Shown here: positions 62,499 to 64,000 of the stretch, in pieces
Layout of the letters: the number at the start of each line of letters is the position of its first letter
Numbering within the stretch: the stretch's first letter is position 1
Assembly: GCA_010015585.1 (NCBI GenBank)
Contig: ML975151.1
DNA from: Eremomyces bilateralis CBS 781.70
Taxonomy: Eukaryota
Strand: one strand, 5' to 3'
Length of the DNA stretch: 64,000 nt
Position numbers and translations under genes: made by a program
Notes under the pieces: model-generated
The model's database searches: none
What the model saw: the letters and a program-made list of their open reading frames with translations, nothing else
What the model was told of the DNA's origin: nothing

Positions 62499-64000
62499 AT
62501 GACACGACGATTGGTGCGCATGCTCGCCTCCCTGGAATGGAGGATCGTGGGATATCGGCTAACTGGAGGATTTTTAGGTGCGCGCAAGCGTCAACCTCGG
62601 GGTACTCCTCGTCGTTATCCTCACCCTTATTTTCTTCCTCGACAACCGCTACCGAGTCCTCCCCAACTCCATCCACAGTCACCTTCCCCTCCACCACCCC
62701 GGCCTCGTGATCACCGACCTCACGATCAAGACCTGCAACAAGGCCAACCCATTGTCATCATGCCGCCTCGACCCAGATGAATGGCACCGCATCGAGAAAG
62801 ACCTTTACCTCGGATCCAGCTGGACCAAGCAGGCGTTTGTGCACATCCGTTCCGCGCGCGAAGAGGAACTGGGCCTCAAAGATATGGTTGTCATGGACGT
62901 GCGGGTGGGGAGGTTGGATCCGTCGGTGGGTGAAAAAGGGCAGGAGAACCAGAAATGGGAGTCCCGGCCGGGCGGCGTGTGGATCAAACTCAGTTCCAAG
63001 CGGCATGACAGCGATTCCAAGAAGGCGGTCACGGCGGTGGAGGTGCTCTTCGGTGCCGATGCGGCCGACCCGCGACCGAGCTGGGAGCTCAAACCACCGT
63101 TATTGCTGGACATGTCGTTAGAGGCGGCCACCCCTCGACTCACTGTCCAAAGAGGTTCAACTCCAAGAACTATTGAGAAGCCCACTCCTCGCGTGCGGAG
63201 AGACGGGCGGTTCAAGATCATGCAGGTGGCCGATATCCATTTCAGCACGGGAATGGGCGCGTGTAGAGACCCGGAACCGCCGGAACCGCATGGTGGAAGG
63301 TGCGAGGCGGATCCAAGGACTCTTGAGTTCCTCGGCAAGATGCTTGACACGGAGAAGCCAGACTTGGTTATCTTGAGCGGTGACCAAGTGAATGGCGAGA
63401 CGGCACCGGACGCACAGACCGTATGTATCCCGTTTGCGACGATTGTCAGATGGGCGCTAACAAGCAGCCAGGCCATCCTAAAGTTCGCGGATATCTTCAT
63501 CCAGCGCCAAATTCCGTTCGCAACCATATTTGGAAACCACGATGACTTTGAAAAATCCTCCCTCTCCCGCCAAGCGCAGATGTCATTGATCCATGCTCTA
63601 CCCTTTTCGCTCAGCGAGGCTGGGCCGGCTACCGTCTCCGGCGTTGGCAACTACTACGTCGAAGTTCTTGCGCCCGGCACCAGCACGCACTCCGCGCTTA
63701 CCATCTACCTCCTCGATTCCCACGGCCACAGCGGGAACGAGGGCTACGACTACATCAAAGAAGACCAAATCAAGTGGTTCAAAGCTACCTCCCGCGCGCT
63801 GAAAGATCAGCATAAGAAATATACCCACATCCATCTAGACATGGCGTTCATCCACATCCCCCTCCCCGAGTACCGAGAGGTCGGGAAACCGGTGCAAGGC
63901 TCCGTGACGGCGGGCGGGGACGACCAAAATAATGGCCAGGTAGTTTTCGGCGACTGGAAAGAGCCCGTCATGGCGCCGAATAAGAACACGGGTTTCCGCG
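62499..64000 (+). CDS. DCR2: Calcineurin-like metallophosphoesterase (Dcr2-like), 3' end outside the window
   Basis: MTRRL/VRASVNLGVLLVVILTLIFFLD (TM anchor), WHRIEKDLYL, FKIMQVADIHF, LVILSGDQVNG, IFGNHDD, LLDSH, AFIHIPLPEY; introns near 62514-62577 and 63421-63471. Confidence 0.88.

Noticed and set aside
62805..63650. 281-aa minus-strand ORF
   Set aside because: Antisense to the DCR2-like phosphatase, whose spliced frame carries the conserved motifs.

Overview
Gene-dense, intron-containing eukaryotic DNA from a filamentous ascomycete (Pezizomycotina, possibly Dothideomycetes; short GT..AG introns with CTRAC-type branch sites). Most of the window is conserved housekeeping and signalling genes: a small SET-domain protein, STE50, SUS1/ENY2, a But2-domain secreted protein, MVP1, a NUC-1/PHO4-type bHLH factor, G-protein gamma, eIF3a, a CHK2-type kinase, an FMO-like oxidoreductase, HIS2, an LRR protein, MET8, DED1, cyclophilin B, mitochondrial S13, a Ppk16-like kinase, a GAP1-like permease and the start of a DCR2-like phosphatase. 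Two accessory-looking segments stand out. (i) At 32-41 kb, a C2H2+Zn2Cys6 transcription factor is divergent from a ~1370-aa homeodomain-like/C2H2/Ser-Thr kinase/HET-domain fusion. (ii) At 59-61.6 kb there is a cluster of tiny Cys/His proteins sharing M-C-x7-C-x-H...C-x-C...C-x-x-C: two intact, two pseudogenised and possibly a fifth relic. Other notable structures are a ~110-bp tandem duplication at the cyclophilin B 3' end predicting three alternative C-termini, an ORF overlapping the start of the But2 gene, and long hairpins downstream of DED1. No tRNA, rRNA, CRISPR array or intact transposon was recognised. All calls are by eye from motifs; no database searches were run.
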